A stretch of DNA of 63,992 nucleotides, counting the filler, from Dirinaria sp. TL-2023a (lineage: Eukaryota), in NCBI GenBank assembly GCA_051941275.1. It is 3 parts of 3 records of this genome, joined end to end, with 100 filler letters (N's around TTAATTAATTAA, not from the genome) between each part and the next. Parts side by side here need not be neighbours in the genome. Positions count along the whole stretch, not along the records: positions 1 to 21,320 come from JAVEBF010000261.1; 2 more parts are not named here. One strand, written 5' to 3'. The position numbers and the translations under genes were made by a program. A model generated the notes under the pieces. That model ran no database searches. It was not told where the DNA came from and was given only the letters and a program-made list of their open reading frames with translations. Shown here piece after piece: positions 1-11,864 of the stretch (position 1 is its first letter; each line of letters starts with the position of its first letter).

Positions 1-1
1 A

Positions 2-71
<70 letters not shown>

Positions 72-85
72 AAGAAAAAAAGAAA
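1..85. repeat. Poly(A)/A-rich run at the window (probable contig) start
   Basis: About 65 consecutive A followed by GAAA-type repeats. Confidence 0.95.
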
Positions 86-1053
86 AGGCGCCAGCAATGC
101 TAAATTATTCCCCCCCTCAATCTCCTGCTCAGACCAGCTGAGATCGTATACAATAATATATAATACGAGTCCCACTCCCACCACACTACCTTCCTCATTA
201 CCCCTCTCTACTACTCATTTCCACCTCGTAAGTAATGCATTCGATCATCGATCCCTCTGATATTAAGTATCCTCATTGTCTCCGCTGCGAGTTTCAAGCA
301 AAGACGATTTAACGAAGTGGCGATGGACTAATTCGTCAACGAAAGTGCGATCGTTACATAAGCAAATCTTCAAGAATTGATAAAGACAGAAATGACGAGG
401 GGAGAGGCATTGATAGATGATGATAAGGAGTGGGGAAGAAGGTGTAGTGGTAGAGTATGTAGGGTGGTGTGGCGGCAGTGCGGACATGATATATTCACGC
501 CCAAGCTTTTAAGCTTAAGGCACCAAAAGCTAAAAAAAAAAAAAAAATAGCTTTAGCGCCAGCTTGGCATTATTGCTGAATGTTGCCGTATCGAGGAACT
601 AATGTAGGTAGTAATGGAACTATGAGCTTCACATTCGCTTTCAAAAAAATCACATCTTCGAAGATTATACGAACATGCATTAAGGAAAATGGTTTCTGAG
701 TGTACCTACTCGGTTTCTAGAACATATGAAGTAAGAGATTCGGGATCGATGCTCTATTCGGACATAGTAATGAACGACGTTCTTAGTACGCAAAGTCCAA
801 GCTTTAAGCCATTGACAAATAGTATAAGAGCATGACACGTATCAGATGCAAAATTAGATTTGTTGTAGAAATGCTTCTCACCTGGGCCATAGCATAAGAT
901 AATTTATTGCTAATTCTCGCTGATGCACAAATTGGTAGAAGCATGAGTCATAAGTCGCATAAGACCAAGTCGCACATCGACCATACCATTGGTGCCAGCA
1001 CCTAGCACTGGGCCAAAGCGCCCATTGTTAGAGGCGACGGTGACAGCAAGGTT

Positions 1054-2123
1054 TCAATAGCGATCATCATCGTACTCACGGCGCTCGTAACGGCCTTCGT
1101 CGTAAGCGTTGTCGATGTCTTGGGGGATGTCCTCGACTTCTTGCACCTATCGATTGCGAGTATAAGCCACCTGATCATCTCTAAGGGAATATAGGTCAAG
1201 GGAGATGAGCTTACCTTTTCGCCAGTCCAGCGTGCAGCGTCATCAGGAAAGTCTTCGACTTCTTGGACCTGAAGCAGAATCCATTTAGCTTTCCAACCCA
1301 GTAGAACAAGGGATCTTGAAAAGGATTAAGCGTACCTTTCGGCCAGTCCATCGAGCAGCATCGTCGACCAGGCTATCATCCTGGTAATCGTCACGGCGGT
1401 AGTCGTCACGGACAACGGTCTCCTGATCATAGCGATCACTACGTCCATAGTTGTCTTCGTTGACGTACGTATTCTCGACGATGGTCTCGTCACCACGGCC
1501 TCCACCGTATCCACCACCATAGCGGTCGTCCTCGTTGACGTAGGTGTTGTTTTCGATGATCGTCTCGCTGGGTCGTCCACCGCCGTATCCGTACTCTTCA
1601 CGACGTTCACCCCCTTCGAAATCATCTTTCCACTTCTCCTCGTCACGCTTCCAGTGCTCTTCTATAATGGCAAGAATGGTCAGAGATTGCTCGCATCCCT
1701 AGAATCCGCTTGCTCTAGCAACACATGACACGTACCAACTTTGTCGCCCTCATGCATGAGGACCGCGCCCGCAAGCAATCCTCCAGCCGCACCAGCAGCT
1801 CCATATGCCATGTTGTGGTTCTTAGGAGCTGGAGCCTGGGCTTGCTGATAGCTGCCCCGAGACTGATCATAGCCGCCGGGTCCATATCCCGATGGAGGAG
1901 CACCTGGGCGATTCCAAGTCCGCTCGCCAGTGTGCGTGTTCACGTAGAACCATCGGTTATCGGGGGCATCCCATTCTGCGACCCATCCTGGTGGGAGGCC
2001 GTAATTAGGGTCTTGAGAGCTTTGAGGTTGCTGCTGTTGGGGAGGGTAGCCTTGACCCTGTTGACCCTGGCCAGACTGGCCATGGTGGAGATAGTTCTGA
2101 GCGGCTTTCTCGATGAAATCCAT
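1054..2123 (-). CDS. WW-domain protein with Gln/Gly/Tyr-rich and acidic repeat regions (4 exons)
   Basis: WW motif LPPGWVAEWDAPDNRWFYVNTHTGERTWNRP. Exons 2123-1736, 1661-1336, 1268-1215 and 1146-1054 join in frame through GT..AG introns. C-terminal repeats DDAARWTG[RE]KVQEVED. Confidence 0.9.
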
Positions 2124-3638
2124 TACGACTAATGATAGAGGAGGGTTTCCGGTTCAGAAGAAGAGCTGTAGGAGGGTGTTTGCGAGTATAAGTTGAGGAA
2201 TGTTTGTATTTTATGCGTTGGCAGAAGCAAGCTGGTGCCAGATATACTGGAGAGCTCTGCGGCATAACCTCGGTCCGAGCTGCATTCTCCATGACGCGGC
2301 CGTGGAGGTGGTTGCGTGGACCCGTGAATTCTTTCTCACTGTGAGGTTGAGCATGTGTGAACTTCATCCACATGACTGACTATCACGCCGTGATTTGATA
2401 AAGCGGAGAGATCGAGATTTCAGCTCTGTCAACTGACTTATACCGAACTTTGAAGCACAAGCTACTATCATTGGTTCATCGCGCGGTATCTACTCAAAGG
2501 TAAATAATACATAAGGTATGATCAGAGGCTGATGGAAGCTCAACGCGTCTGATACTCGCCTCGTCGCTGTCTTGATATGGCCAAGCCACTACGAACAAGA
2601 TCTCTTGGCTGTCCGAGCAGGAATCGATGATTCAAGCTTTTTTGGAAGCAAGGCTAGATTTTAGCGGTTGCATGTCATTTGCACCTCAGAATCCTTGGCT
2701 GCGCACGACTAAGTCTATCTCGAAAATCGAGAAAAATCCATCTCACCTCTCGCACCATCTTGATACTGAAATTGCGGGAGTCTTTTTTAATGCAAGCGCT
2801 CGCTTTTGCGACCGTGTGGCTGCTTACATTACCCAAGTTCCACAACACTTATAACCTAAGCAATCCCAACTGTCTCCATGCTAAACGAGCTACCTCCTGC
2901 AAAGACAGTGCGAATCGCGTATTTGTAGTAGGTATGCCTTGCAAGGTATTTAGAGAAATTTGAGTATTTCAACATAACCAAAAGGGGCCGAAGGGACTAG
3001 AAGCATAAAGTGCGACGCTTGGCGCATGGTGCAGGGAAAATGGCTTCTCTCCCTTTCTGAAGGCACCGTAATTTTCTTTCACAAGATCCTATGGCTCACC
3101 AAGGTATGCGAGCTCATACAACATGAGGGCTCTACTATGATAGGTCATACTCGATTACCCTGTAATCCTAGTAAAAACCTCTATCAGCTATAAAGAAATA
3201 TCATTTCAGAATAGCCAATTCCAGTCGTGTCATTTCCCGTCATCTCGAAGTCTGATGCCGTTTCTCATTTCGAAAACCGAGGTGACATAGAAATGAAGAA
3301 GCTGTATAGATAGCAGCCTTACAACCTTAGAGAGGCTCGGTTAGCGCAAACACAAAGTAAGCGGGTTGAGTATATATTTGTCGAATGTTAAAGATGGAGG
3401 CAAAAATATTATGACTGTGGGACTTGTTGGATTTCAATACAGCATTTTTGTCAAAGATATTTTGCACACTGAATGAATTCTCGGGACGCTTATGTTGGAA
3501 AAAAAAAAAAAAATTTTTACACAGAGTAAATACCCTACTCCAAACAAAATCTCCACCTTGCGAAACGATTGCAACATCCTCTATGCCATCTACCAGTGTC
3601 TACCCTCTTATGCACCCACACACCAAAACCCCATCGGC

Positions 3639-4464
3639 TCAAGATGCCGAACACTCTGGGTTGTAAGTAGCTCCCGGATGAGCGTTCAGATACTCCTGGG
3701 CAGCACATCCGCAAATGGTAGTGCAATCGGCAGCGGTAACGCAGATCTGGGGACAGACGACCGTTCGCGGAGGGTGGTGCGTCTTCTCATAATCTTCCGC
3801 CGCGCATCCGCATACCGTGTCGCCGTCATCGGTGACGATGCAGAATTGAGGGCATACTTTTCTCTTCGTGTTGTGGGTCTTTTCGTAATCAAACGCTGCG
3901 CATCCGCAGAGGAATTGGCCGTCCTCGGTCTCGATACAGTACTGAGGACAGCGTTTTCCCAGTTCCCGACGCTGAACGGGAGCGTCGATTGCGCAGCCGC
4001 AGACTTTGCCACCTGAGTTGGGGCCTTTGATACAGATGTCGCACGAAGGCTTCACTGCTCTTTCTTTCAGTGGACTGCAGACATCAGCATCGGCGCAGGC
4101 TGGCCAGTCGCAGGTATTTTCGTTGCAGGCGGGGCCATGGCCACATTGCATTCCCTCTGGGCAAGGCCATTGGCGCTTTTGGTAGATATCTTGACAAACA
4201 TCGGCATCGACGCAACCTGGGAGATCGCATGTCTCGGCGGTACAGACCGGGCCAGGTCCGCAGTGGAGACCTTCAGGACAGCCGAGTTGGCGCTCTTGTA
4301 GGTCCGAGGCTGACTGTGAAGGGGACGCAAGGGCACCTGCCAAATTCACGATCAGTTAGCCGAAACGTCCAGGAGATTAGGCTGGAGCAGGATTGGAGAG
4401 ATACGGGGAAATTACCGAATGCAGCAGAGAGCACAAGAGCCCAGGAAGTGTAAGTGAAAAGCAT
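3639..4464 (-). CDS. Secreted cysteine-rich repeat polyprotein, 248 aa, 30 Cys, with Kex2-type sites (KEP-like precursor)
   Basis: Exon 1 (4464-4416, MLFTYTSWALVLSAAF signal) splices through a 79-nt GTAATT..CTAAC..CAG intron (4415-4337) into exon 2 (4336-3639). Six Cys modules are separated by ER/KR/RR/PR. Confidence 0.88.
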
Positions 4465-6486
4465 TGTGGGTTATGATCACCGCTATATGAGTCGTAGATC
4501 TAGGAAGCAACGAGTGATATGATGAGCGAATGTGAATCTTTGTAGTGATAGTATATACCATCTTCACAGTGACGAGAGACCTTTCTCTTATACATCCTAT
4601 CCTCCACTTCGCTGGTAAATATCGTTAGATTGCTTTTCAGCTCCGTCCAACGTTGTAGACTCTAGATATCTTGGCAGCCTGCTGCAACCTTGACCCACAA
4701 TGTGGATACAGAACGACGGGAATGTACCTCAAGGCATGACATGGAACGGACCAATAAATTCAGAGACAAAGACAACCTCGGCAGAAAAACGTGGTAATAA
4801 AAATTTACGAGAAGTTCACTCAGCCTCGCTTGACTACGCTTACGCTGACTCCCGTGCATCGTTACACCCATCTGACTGTTTTCTGACTTTATAGGCTTAA
4901 GCGGCTGGAGAGCACCTCACTTCATCACATGAGCTCCGCATACGGTGTCAGCTGAGTCATCTGTTGCCTAAAGAAAATAAATCGACTGACAGCGTATCCT
5001 CGGACTTACCTAAATTGTCACCAATCGCAGATGGAAAGCCCTAGAACTCGCTGGTTGCCTGATTCCTCGATGGCATAGGGTTTCCCCAAGACTCACAGAT
5101 AAGGTGCTTTATACTTCAAAGAGCAAGATCTCGTGCGACGGTCCCTGAGTTATATCGCGAGATCTTACACAACATCCTCATATAAGTTGCTTTAGCAGTA
5201 CAACCATCTCTTGATTGTCGTGCGATTCTGCGATTTAAGCATATTGTTGACCAGATATAGAGAGTTATGCTGAACGATGGTCATGTTCCGATGAGCTAGT
5301 ATATGCTTGAGCCACACGTGACGACCTCGACTCGTCAGACTGATGAATCGAAGCGCAAGTCAGCCGTATTCCCACTTGGCGCCACTCTCATTAAAATGGC
5401 AACTGGATCGGAATAAGGTACTAGATATAGAGGTGTTGGTGGTTAAATATCCCCATGCGAGGCTTGGCTTAAGGCTGACATTGTTCATGCGCTGATTCAT
5501 GAAGGACGGACCTGCCAAGCTACGTTCGGATATAACAATATTGAAGACTGAACTTCTGTCATCATGATGCAGTGCAGGTATATTCATTTCACAGACGAAT
5601 CAACGAGTTCAATGATGTCGCATTTATCTTCAAAAGATTCGACATTCAAAACCCGTTCTCGAATGTGGATGAGAATGCGATTCTTGAGAAAGAGAGAAAG
5701 AAATTACGAGTTTCGATCGTGACTTGCGATGATACTCGATCATCTCGAATACACGAGGATCGCAGAGGGAAAGCGTTCTCGCAAGCAGTGATGTTTTTCG
5801 TTAAAAGATTCGCGCGTGTTCTGCCTTGAGAAATGTCTCTTGGCTTTTGAACAGTACAGTACAGCGACTTACTGTATCCATGTGCGAAACGCCTTTATTT
5901 TATGACTTTGGACGATACTTGGGAATCGAATTCAATCTATGAGCAGAATCCAGATCACATACAGGCGTCTGATGCTTGTGTCAGACAGCAAATATCTTGC
6001 ACATTGCACCACAAGAGGACTCCTCTCTTGGTGAATGATTATTGCTGTATTTGTTGATTTTTTTTGTCCGACAGCTTGTCTAGTCGATTTCCATACTGGC
6101 AAGCATCATTGAAAAAATCCACGAAAATAAATGGAAGAAGTTCATACTACGAGGATAAATCAAATCTTAACACAACAAATGAGTACACGCAGCAAATATT
6201 CCAGCTTCCCCAAACCGGGTCGATTTTCAAAACATATTGAGAAACTCGCACGCGCTCCGCTCTATACCAAAGACGCAGCCAGGCGTACGATCAGAAGCCG
6301 ACGTCATCAAATCCCGGAGAAATCCTCATGACTGACAGTGTCCAGCCATATACGGCACGGTCATACCATCCGAGCAAGTGCAATCGTGAACCGTGCACTT
6401 CGGGTGTGGGCCATCCGTGCACTCGTGCCTATCAAGCGTGCGTCAGCCACTTCAAACCAAACATTCATCGACGAAACAGTACTTAC

Positions 6487-7122
6487 TCAGGATTGCAATG
6501 TCTCGTTTGGTGGAGATGCGTTATCGGGGGGATCGGCGCACAACTGAAAGGAACTCTTGCCTGGGAGATGTTTCATGATGCCGCAGAAGTTGGCCGTGTT
6601 GTGGTCGACGTATTGCAGCACCACGCGGTCGTTGCCCGGTTCACTCTGCCCCTGCCATATGCCGTTGGCGATGATGGGGTATTCGATGAAATTGGTCTTG
6701 GTGATTTCCGGGTCATTGTCCTGAGCGCAGCCTGGAAGCGCGAAATGGCCGAAGCTTAGCAGGTGCTTCGGCGTGTTGCGGTGCGGGTAGCCTCTACCGC
6801 TCTTTGGATGAGCTGGTGGAAAGTTCTCAGCAGATTGAACTTGCAATAAGGGATATATTTGAAGAGGGTACGATGGATTTTGTCCATGTTCCCTGGTGTC
6901 GTGGCTCTGAAGACACGTACGCTTCAGTGTGCATGTCCTCCATGCCTTGTGCGCGAAGGAAATGGCTGCTTTGATGGAGTCTTGGTTGTACGTGCCATCA
7001 GCGCAGACTTTATCATTACCTGGCAGGTTATTGATAACGCCTGGGTTGCGCGCTGCAAGAACTCTTGTCGGCGTGACAGTCACCGTGCCCAGGAGGAGGA
7101 TGATAGCTGAAGCGATGTGCAT
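6487..7122 (-). CDS. Secreted RNase T1/N1/U2-family ribonuclease
   Basis: Signal peptide. Motifs GYPH, IEYPI, PGNDRVV and GIMKH match the His/Glu/Arg/His catalytic set of RNase T1. Likely in-frame 108-nt intron at 6920-6813 (GTACGT..GCTGAG..CAG). The gene may extend to 6326 (see findings). Confidence 0.82.
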   Translation of the reverse strand: MHIASAIILLLGTVTVTPTRVLAARNPGVINNLPGNDKVCADGTYNQDSIKAAISFAHKAWRTCTLKRTCLQSHDTREHGQNPSYPLQIYPLLQVQSAENFPPAHPKSGRGYPHRNTPKHLLSFGHFALPGCAQDNDPEITKTNFIEYPIIANGIWQGQSEPGNDRVVLQYVDHNTANFCGIMKHLPGKSSFQLCADPPDNASPPNETLQS

Positions 7123-8034
7123 GTTGATGGAAGAAGAAGTCTGGAATGTCGAAGATGGCTAATGAGAAAGTATTTGGTAATGATCAGAGGAACGACCAGA
7201 GCATCAGAGTGGGTCTCGAGCATATTATATATACAACTTGGGACCCATGGCCGGAGAGAGGCCTGTCGCAACGAAAACTTTCGCCCCAAATATTTGCCAT
7301 CCAGCATGAGCTGACACGACAAGGTGAGTGATTGTACGGTGCCAGAGTAGCTTGTCAGCATACAACTCACTAATGACCTCAAAGCTGTTGTCGCTATTGC
7401 TGGAGGCCATATACAGATGCGATGCCAGCTCAGGACTGGGGTCAGCTCCGGCCCCGAATGCGACGGTGGTCCTCGTACATCACGTGAGAGACACTTTTGA
7501 TTTTTGAGAACCCTCTCGCAGGAGCTGAGCGACTGCGAAATAGAAGTTGTTGAGCGATGAATTCGATCTGATTCATTTAGTAAATGGACGAGTACCAACT
7601 GCGGCGATGACTGGTCGAGCTGGAGGTACTTCACTTCGGCCGCCTAGTTTGAGTGATGTACTCGTACGGCTGAGTAAGATTCTGCACAAGCTTCACGACT
7701 CGATGCTGACACTTGCAAAAGGTGAAGTCTGTTGTGAAATATGGAACACTCATGCGATATTTCTGAGTGTTTTTTGGCTGCCAACGCGGCTGAGTCCTGC
7801 CTCTGCTGTCATGGGTCACATAGTCTTCAATTCAGGTCTGATCGTTCTGCGTCACTCGAAGTTGTATAAGAGAGGACTTTGCTGCTAAGAGCTTCTTCCT
7901 CCATTTAACTTCATCAAATCGCGAGATCGCAAATTTCCCTTGCTGAAACGGTGATAAATCTGACGAGATAGCCGTTTGTTGCCCCGAATCCAAGAACACA
8001 AGCAACGTCGCCATACCGAGAGCTATTTGTCTTC

Positions 8035-8906
8035 ATGGCTTCCTCATCAGATATACCGGCGAAACTGAGCAAGGCCATCATTACGGACGACGAGAATCAT
8101 CGTTACGGACTCATTCTTGACCGCCTAATCAATGGCGCTATCCCAGCCAGAGTAGCAGCATCGGACATCCTCGACAACCTTGCTTTGGAAGACGACCTCG
8201 GCGACGCAACCTATGCGCTTTCGTGTCACCTTCAGAATTTGGCCCTGGAGTATCCTTTCTTGCTACCCCACTGGAGCTCCCTCATGAGCAGTGTACTCGA
8301 TCTCCCCTCTTCGGCACATCAAAAGAACTTTCTGAATACTTTTAACTGCAATCTTGTCGATCTTTCCGACTACCTCTACGCGACGGTTTTCGGGGATGAT
8401 CGTCCTGACGGAAAGAATGTCCTACACCACGAACACGTCAACGGGCTGCACGCGAGCCTCTTCGCCGTGCAGCAGAAGCACACCGAAGCAGATTCGGTGA
8501 TAGTTTGCGAGACGTCTGCTCTGTTCATCCTCTCCGTGGGTCTCGAGGATCACGTGAACTCTCACCACAATGTGGAACTGGATACTGGGCCTGCGTCCCA
8601 ATGGATATCTCACGCTGGAGAAGCCATCTACGGCCTTTGTAAAGCAGGGTAAGTCTCCTATAGTCAAGCATTAGTGTTCAGCAGATCCGAGCTGACCGTT
8701 AAATTAGTACTGAGCAGCCGGCTACTGCAAGCATGGCTGCCAGGGGAAGCGGCTGGTCGGGTCCATTAGGATACAGTCTCGAGCGATGGGCATTCTGGAG
8801 AGACCGATTTGAATCTATTGGGAACGAACTCTTGGGGACTCGTACTGGAAAAGCTGCAGCAAATGCGGCCAGAGCCATGAAAGCCATTGAGAGTGCGATA
8901 GTCTAG
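8035..8906 (+). CDS. DUF3632-like fungal protein (2 exons)
   Basis: ORF 8035-8648, intron 8649-8707 (GTAAGT..CTGAC..TAG), exon 2 to TAG at 8906. ASQWISHAGEAIY and WSGPLGYSLERWAFWRDRF resemble the DUF3632 signature. Confidence 0.75.
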
Positions 8907-9281
8907 AATAGATCGAGCGACATATGTTGTTGCTGAGCGAGTAGTTCTCGGAATCCTGTGTGCTCTACTGCAGTTCTCTCTTTGTCAAGGTCCTTGCTTT
9001 CCATTCCTTACTTGTTCGAGACTAGGTGACATTGGATGAGCTACCTTGACTGAAGTTTTTCCAGTTTCCGGCGAGCCAGGACCTTTACGTTGACGCCGGG
9101 ACTAACGCATGCCTGTACAGCCTGACTAAGCCATGCTTACGCAACGCTTCAGCTGAATAATCGCGTAACATGATTGAACCCGAGAATCCCGAACGCTTCT
9201 TCGTCGGAGGATATAAAGTAGATTTGCAGCAACACTTTCGTTCCAGTTCCAGGTCGTACAAACCACAACCATCCCTCTACC

Positions 9282-9608
9282 ATGTCTATCAATCGCCGGA
9301 TCGTCTCTTCATTCCCCATCCCGGAGCTTCCGGGCTACGAGCTTCGCTCCGTCCTCCTCTCCTACCCCCCAGGGTGCCGTGCCCCTGTTCATGATCACCC
9401 AACCGCGGCAACGGGTTTCGTTGTCTCCGGAAGATGCATCTCGCAGTGGGAAGGTGGAGAGGTTGAGGAGTATAGTGAAGGGGAAGGGTTTCTCGATCAT
9501 GGGAGTAGAAGGCATTTGAGGTCGGAGAACGCGAGTGCGACGGCGTCGCTGGAAATGTTGGTGTCTTATGTAATCAAGATCGGAGAGCCGAATGTGAGGA
9601 TGCTCTGA
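9282..9608 (+). CDS. Small RmlC-like cupin domain protein
   Basis: YPPGCRAPVHDHP...GFVVSG and YSEGEGFLD....H correspond to cupin motifs 1 and 2. TATAAA lies upstream at ~9212. Confidence 0.85.
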   Translation: MSINRRIVSSFPIPELPGYELRSVLLSYPPGCRAPVHDHPTAATGFVVSGRCISQWEGGEVEEYSEGEGFLDHGSRRHLRSENASATASLEMLVSYVIKIGEPNVRML

Positions 9609-11279
9609 GTCGAGTGATGGGACATTAATACTCGTCATTGTGACGTGCTGGATCCCTTGCGGCCTGGGATCCAGTGGCATCTGATAGGAAGACCGTGCGT
9701 TCTCGCCGTAGATATCGTAGCATGGTTTAAGTCCTCAAATCGAATCACACCTATGCGCGTTCCATGGATTTCTCAACATGCTGTCCATGCCCCTTCTCTT
9801 GATAGTGTTCACCATTTTGTTTCTGAGTAGTTGCTGGATGAGGGCACGTACGCCATGGCGGATCTGCTGACGCGAATAGTGGGGACTAGGTCCGCGAAGC
9901 AGGATTCGTGGCTTTCCTGAGACAGTTTCAGAGCAAGCTCGAGAAGCTTATAAGGTTTGCTAAAAGAACTTTTTGACCTTGCGATGCGGTCAGCATGACG
10001 CCTAGGAGCCATCAATGAGTTGGACTCTTGGTCCATGTTCTAGAGTCAAGGCCGAAGTCCTGAAAGTCTTCATCATTCCATTCAATCACAGGTTTTGACG
10101 CAGACTGGTCCAAGCACAACTTCACGCATGTTGAAGTGAAATTAAGAATCACAAATGAAAGGCATTTCAGATCAGATGTTCCTCACATTAGATCATAAAA
10201 TCTTGAAGATATCGCAAGTACCAGAGCGCAAAAGAAGCACTCGTAAAATCAGATCTAGAAACATTATGCTCTCTTGGCAAAGAGCAAGGAAGTCGGATTT
10301 TTGTGTAAGATGTTATAGCAGTGGCACGCTGTGACCTTCATGAGATCAAGTCAAGCTCTAAAAATTCGAACTCTATAAATTCGAACGAATCCACAATACT
10401 CGTTCTAGAAATCAGTTCCGTGCCGTGCCTGTTTTGATACGAGGGAATCAATCGCAGCTCGTTTCTTGCGACGCATGCATTATTGCGTATTTCGAATCGA
10501 GTATCAAGGCCGAATCAACGAAGCCCCTAAAAGTGACATAAACGTTTGGGAGTACTTCAACATCCAGTGGTGGGAATTGCGCCAGTAATTGTGTTTTCTC
10601 GACATAATCATAAGGGATCATTTGTATGCGCTCAGCACCATGACCGTGCTTGTTGACATAGTGAAAGCGGGCAACAAGAAACCTGAAGGACGACAAACCT
10701 TGCAAAATGCCCTGAGAGGAGGCCACGCTACTGTCAGCGCGACAGCCAGCTAACCCGATTGCGTAGGCGATCAGCTCTCATACTCTCACTATTGCGCCGC
10801 AGAGTAGGAATCCTCCGAAGCACCCGAGCTTCAATGATTGGACGTCTGTGCTCTGAAGCGCAGCAATCAGAGCAGGATCATGAGTTCGTTTTTTTCGCTC
10901 ACATCTTCGGGCCGAACGCAAGTAGAGAGGTACAACGGCACTGCCCATCCCACCACACGCGTATCTCGTTCCGCGGGACAAGCGCGCGCTGAGCCAATGG
11001 CGGTCCCCTTTTTTGCCAGAACCAAGCACGAGAATCCCAGCCATGAGCCGACTTCATGCAGTGCTCTCAATTGAGATGTGATGGGATCGTTTGCGTGATA
11101 GCCTACATGTATGTTAGAAGATACCCGTCCATTCCTTCTCCGTCTAGGCTGCGATGACTTGGCAGGTGTGGGAGGAATTAGGTTATCATGCATGACTGTA
11201 AGCTTTGAATGGTTTAAAAGCAACCATCATCTCACATCTGCTCTTTCATTGATCAGGTTTGCTGCCGCAGACTTTCGCC

Positions 11280-11864
11280 ATGTCCACATCGAAGGTCTTC
11301 TTGACACTGTTGGCTCTGTTTTCTAAAAGACGGAATGATGCAATACCTTCTTTTAATCTAACTGCCATTTCAGCCCTCGACGGCAAATCTACCTTGGAAT
11401 GTTGGCAGTTGCGGGAGCCCTTCACTATCTCGACCACACCAGGCCTGGCTGGCGCACCATACCAACAATTAGGCGATTTGGCCAATGCAAGCTGGTTTAC
11501 CTTACCACCCAATTATGTCGGACCTTCACATCCAGCGCCGAATGTGCAGTAAGTAAGACCATGCTGGTATCAAATCTTCTTCCAGTGCACGTATGCCTGA
11601 TTATAGGATGAAAGATATGTAGTCTTCCTCTCCGGTTCTGCACAGATCACTATTCCGGATTCTCCGCAACGGGCAGAATTTATTGGAGGAAAGCATGGCA
11701 TCATTTTCGCCGGCGACACCCATGAAAAGAGCTCGTTGGGGCATGTCAGTAAAGTCGGACCCACGGAGGTCACGGCTTTGATGATCCCAACCAAAGGCGG
11801 TGTTGTGCCTCCGCATGTGATCCTTTATAGGAGACCGTGTGAACCGGAGGATCTAAATTATTGA
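11280..11864 (+). CDS. Small probably secreted protein, cupin-like fold (2 exons)
   Basis: FNLTAISALDGKSTLECWQL..HPAPNVQ|YVVFLSG..GIIFAGDT..GH pattern of a widespread fungal small secreted family. Intron 11549-11614 restores the frame (the nearer TAG acceptor gives a stop). Confidence 0.78.

Noticed and set aside
3639..4464. Precursor as a dikaritin (ustiloxin-type) RiPP or a hydrophobin
   Set aside because: No DUF3328/UstYa or tyrosinase gene is seen on the contig, and the Cys pattern lacks the CC doublets of hydrophobins.
9700..10730. Short minus-strand ORFs (and similar debris at 2600-3000 and 5300-5830) as genes
   Set aside because: Fragmentary, with no recognisable motif or consistent splice model; at most old pseudogene debris.
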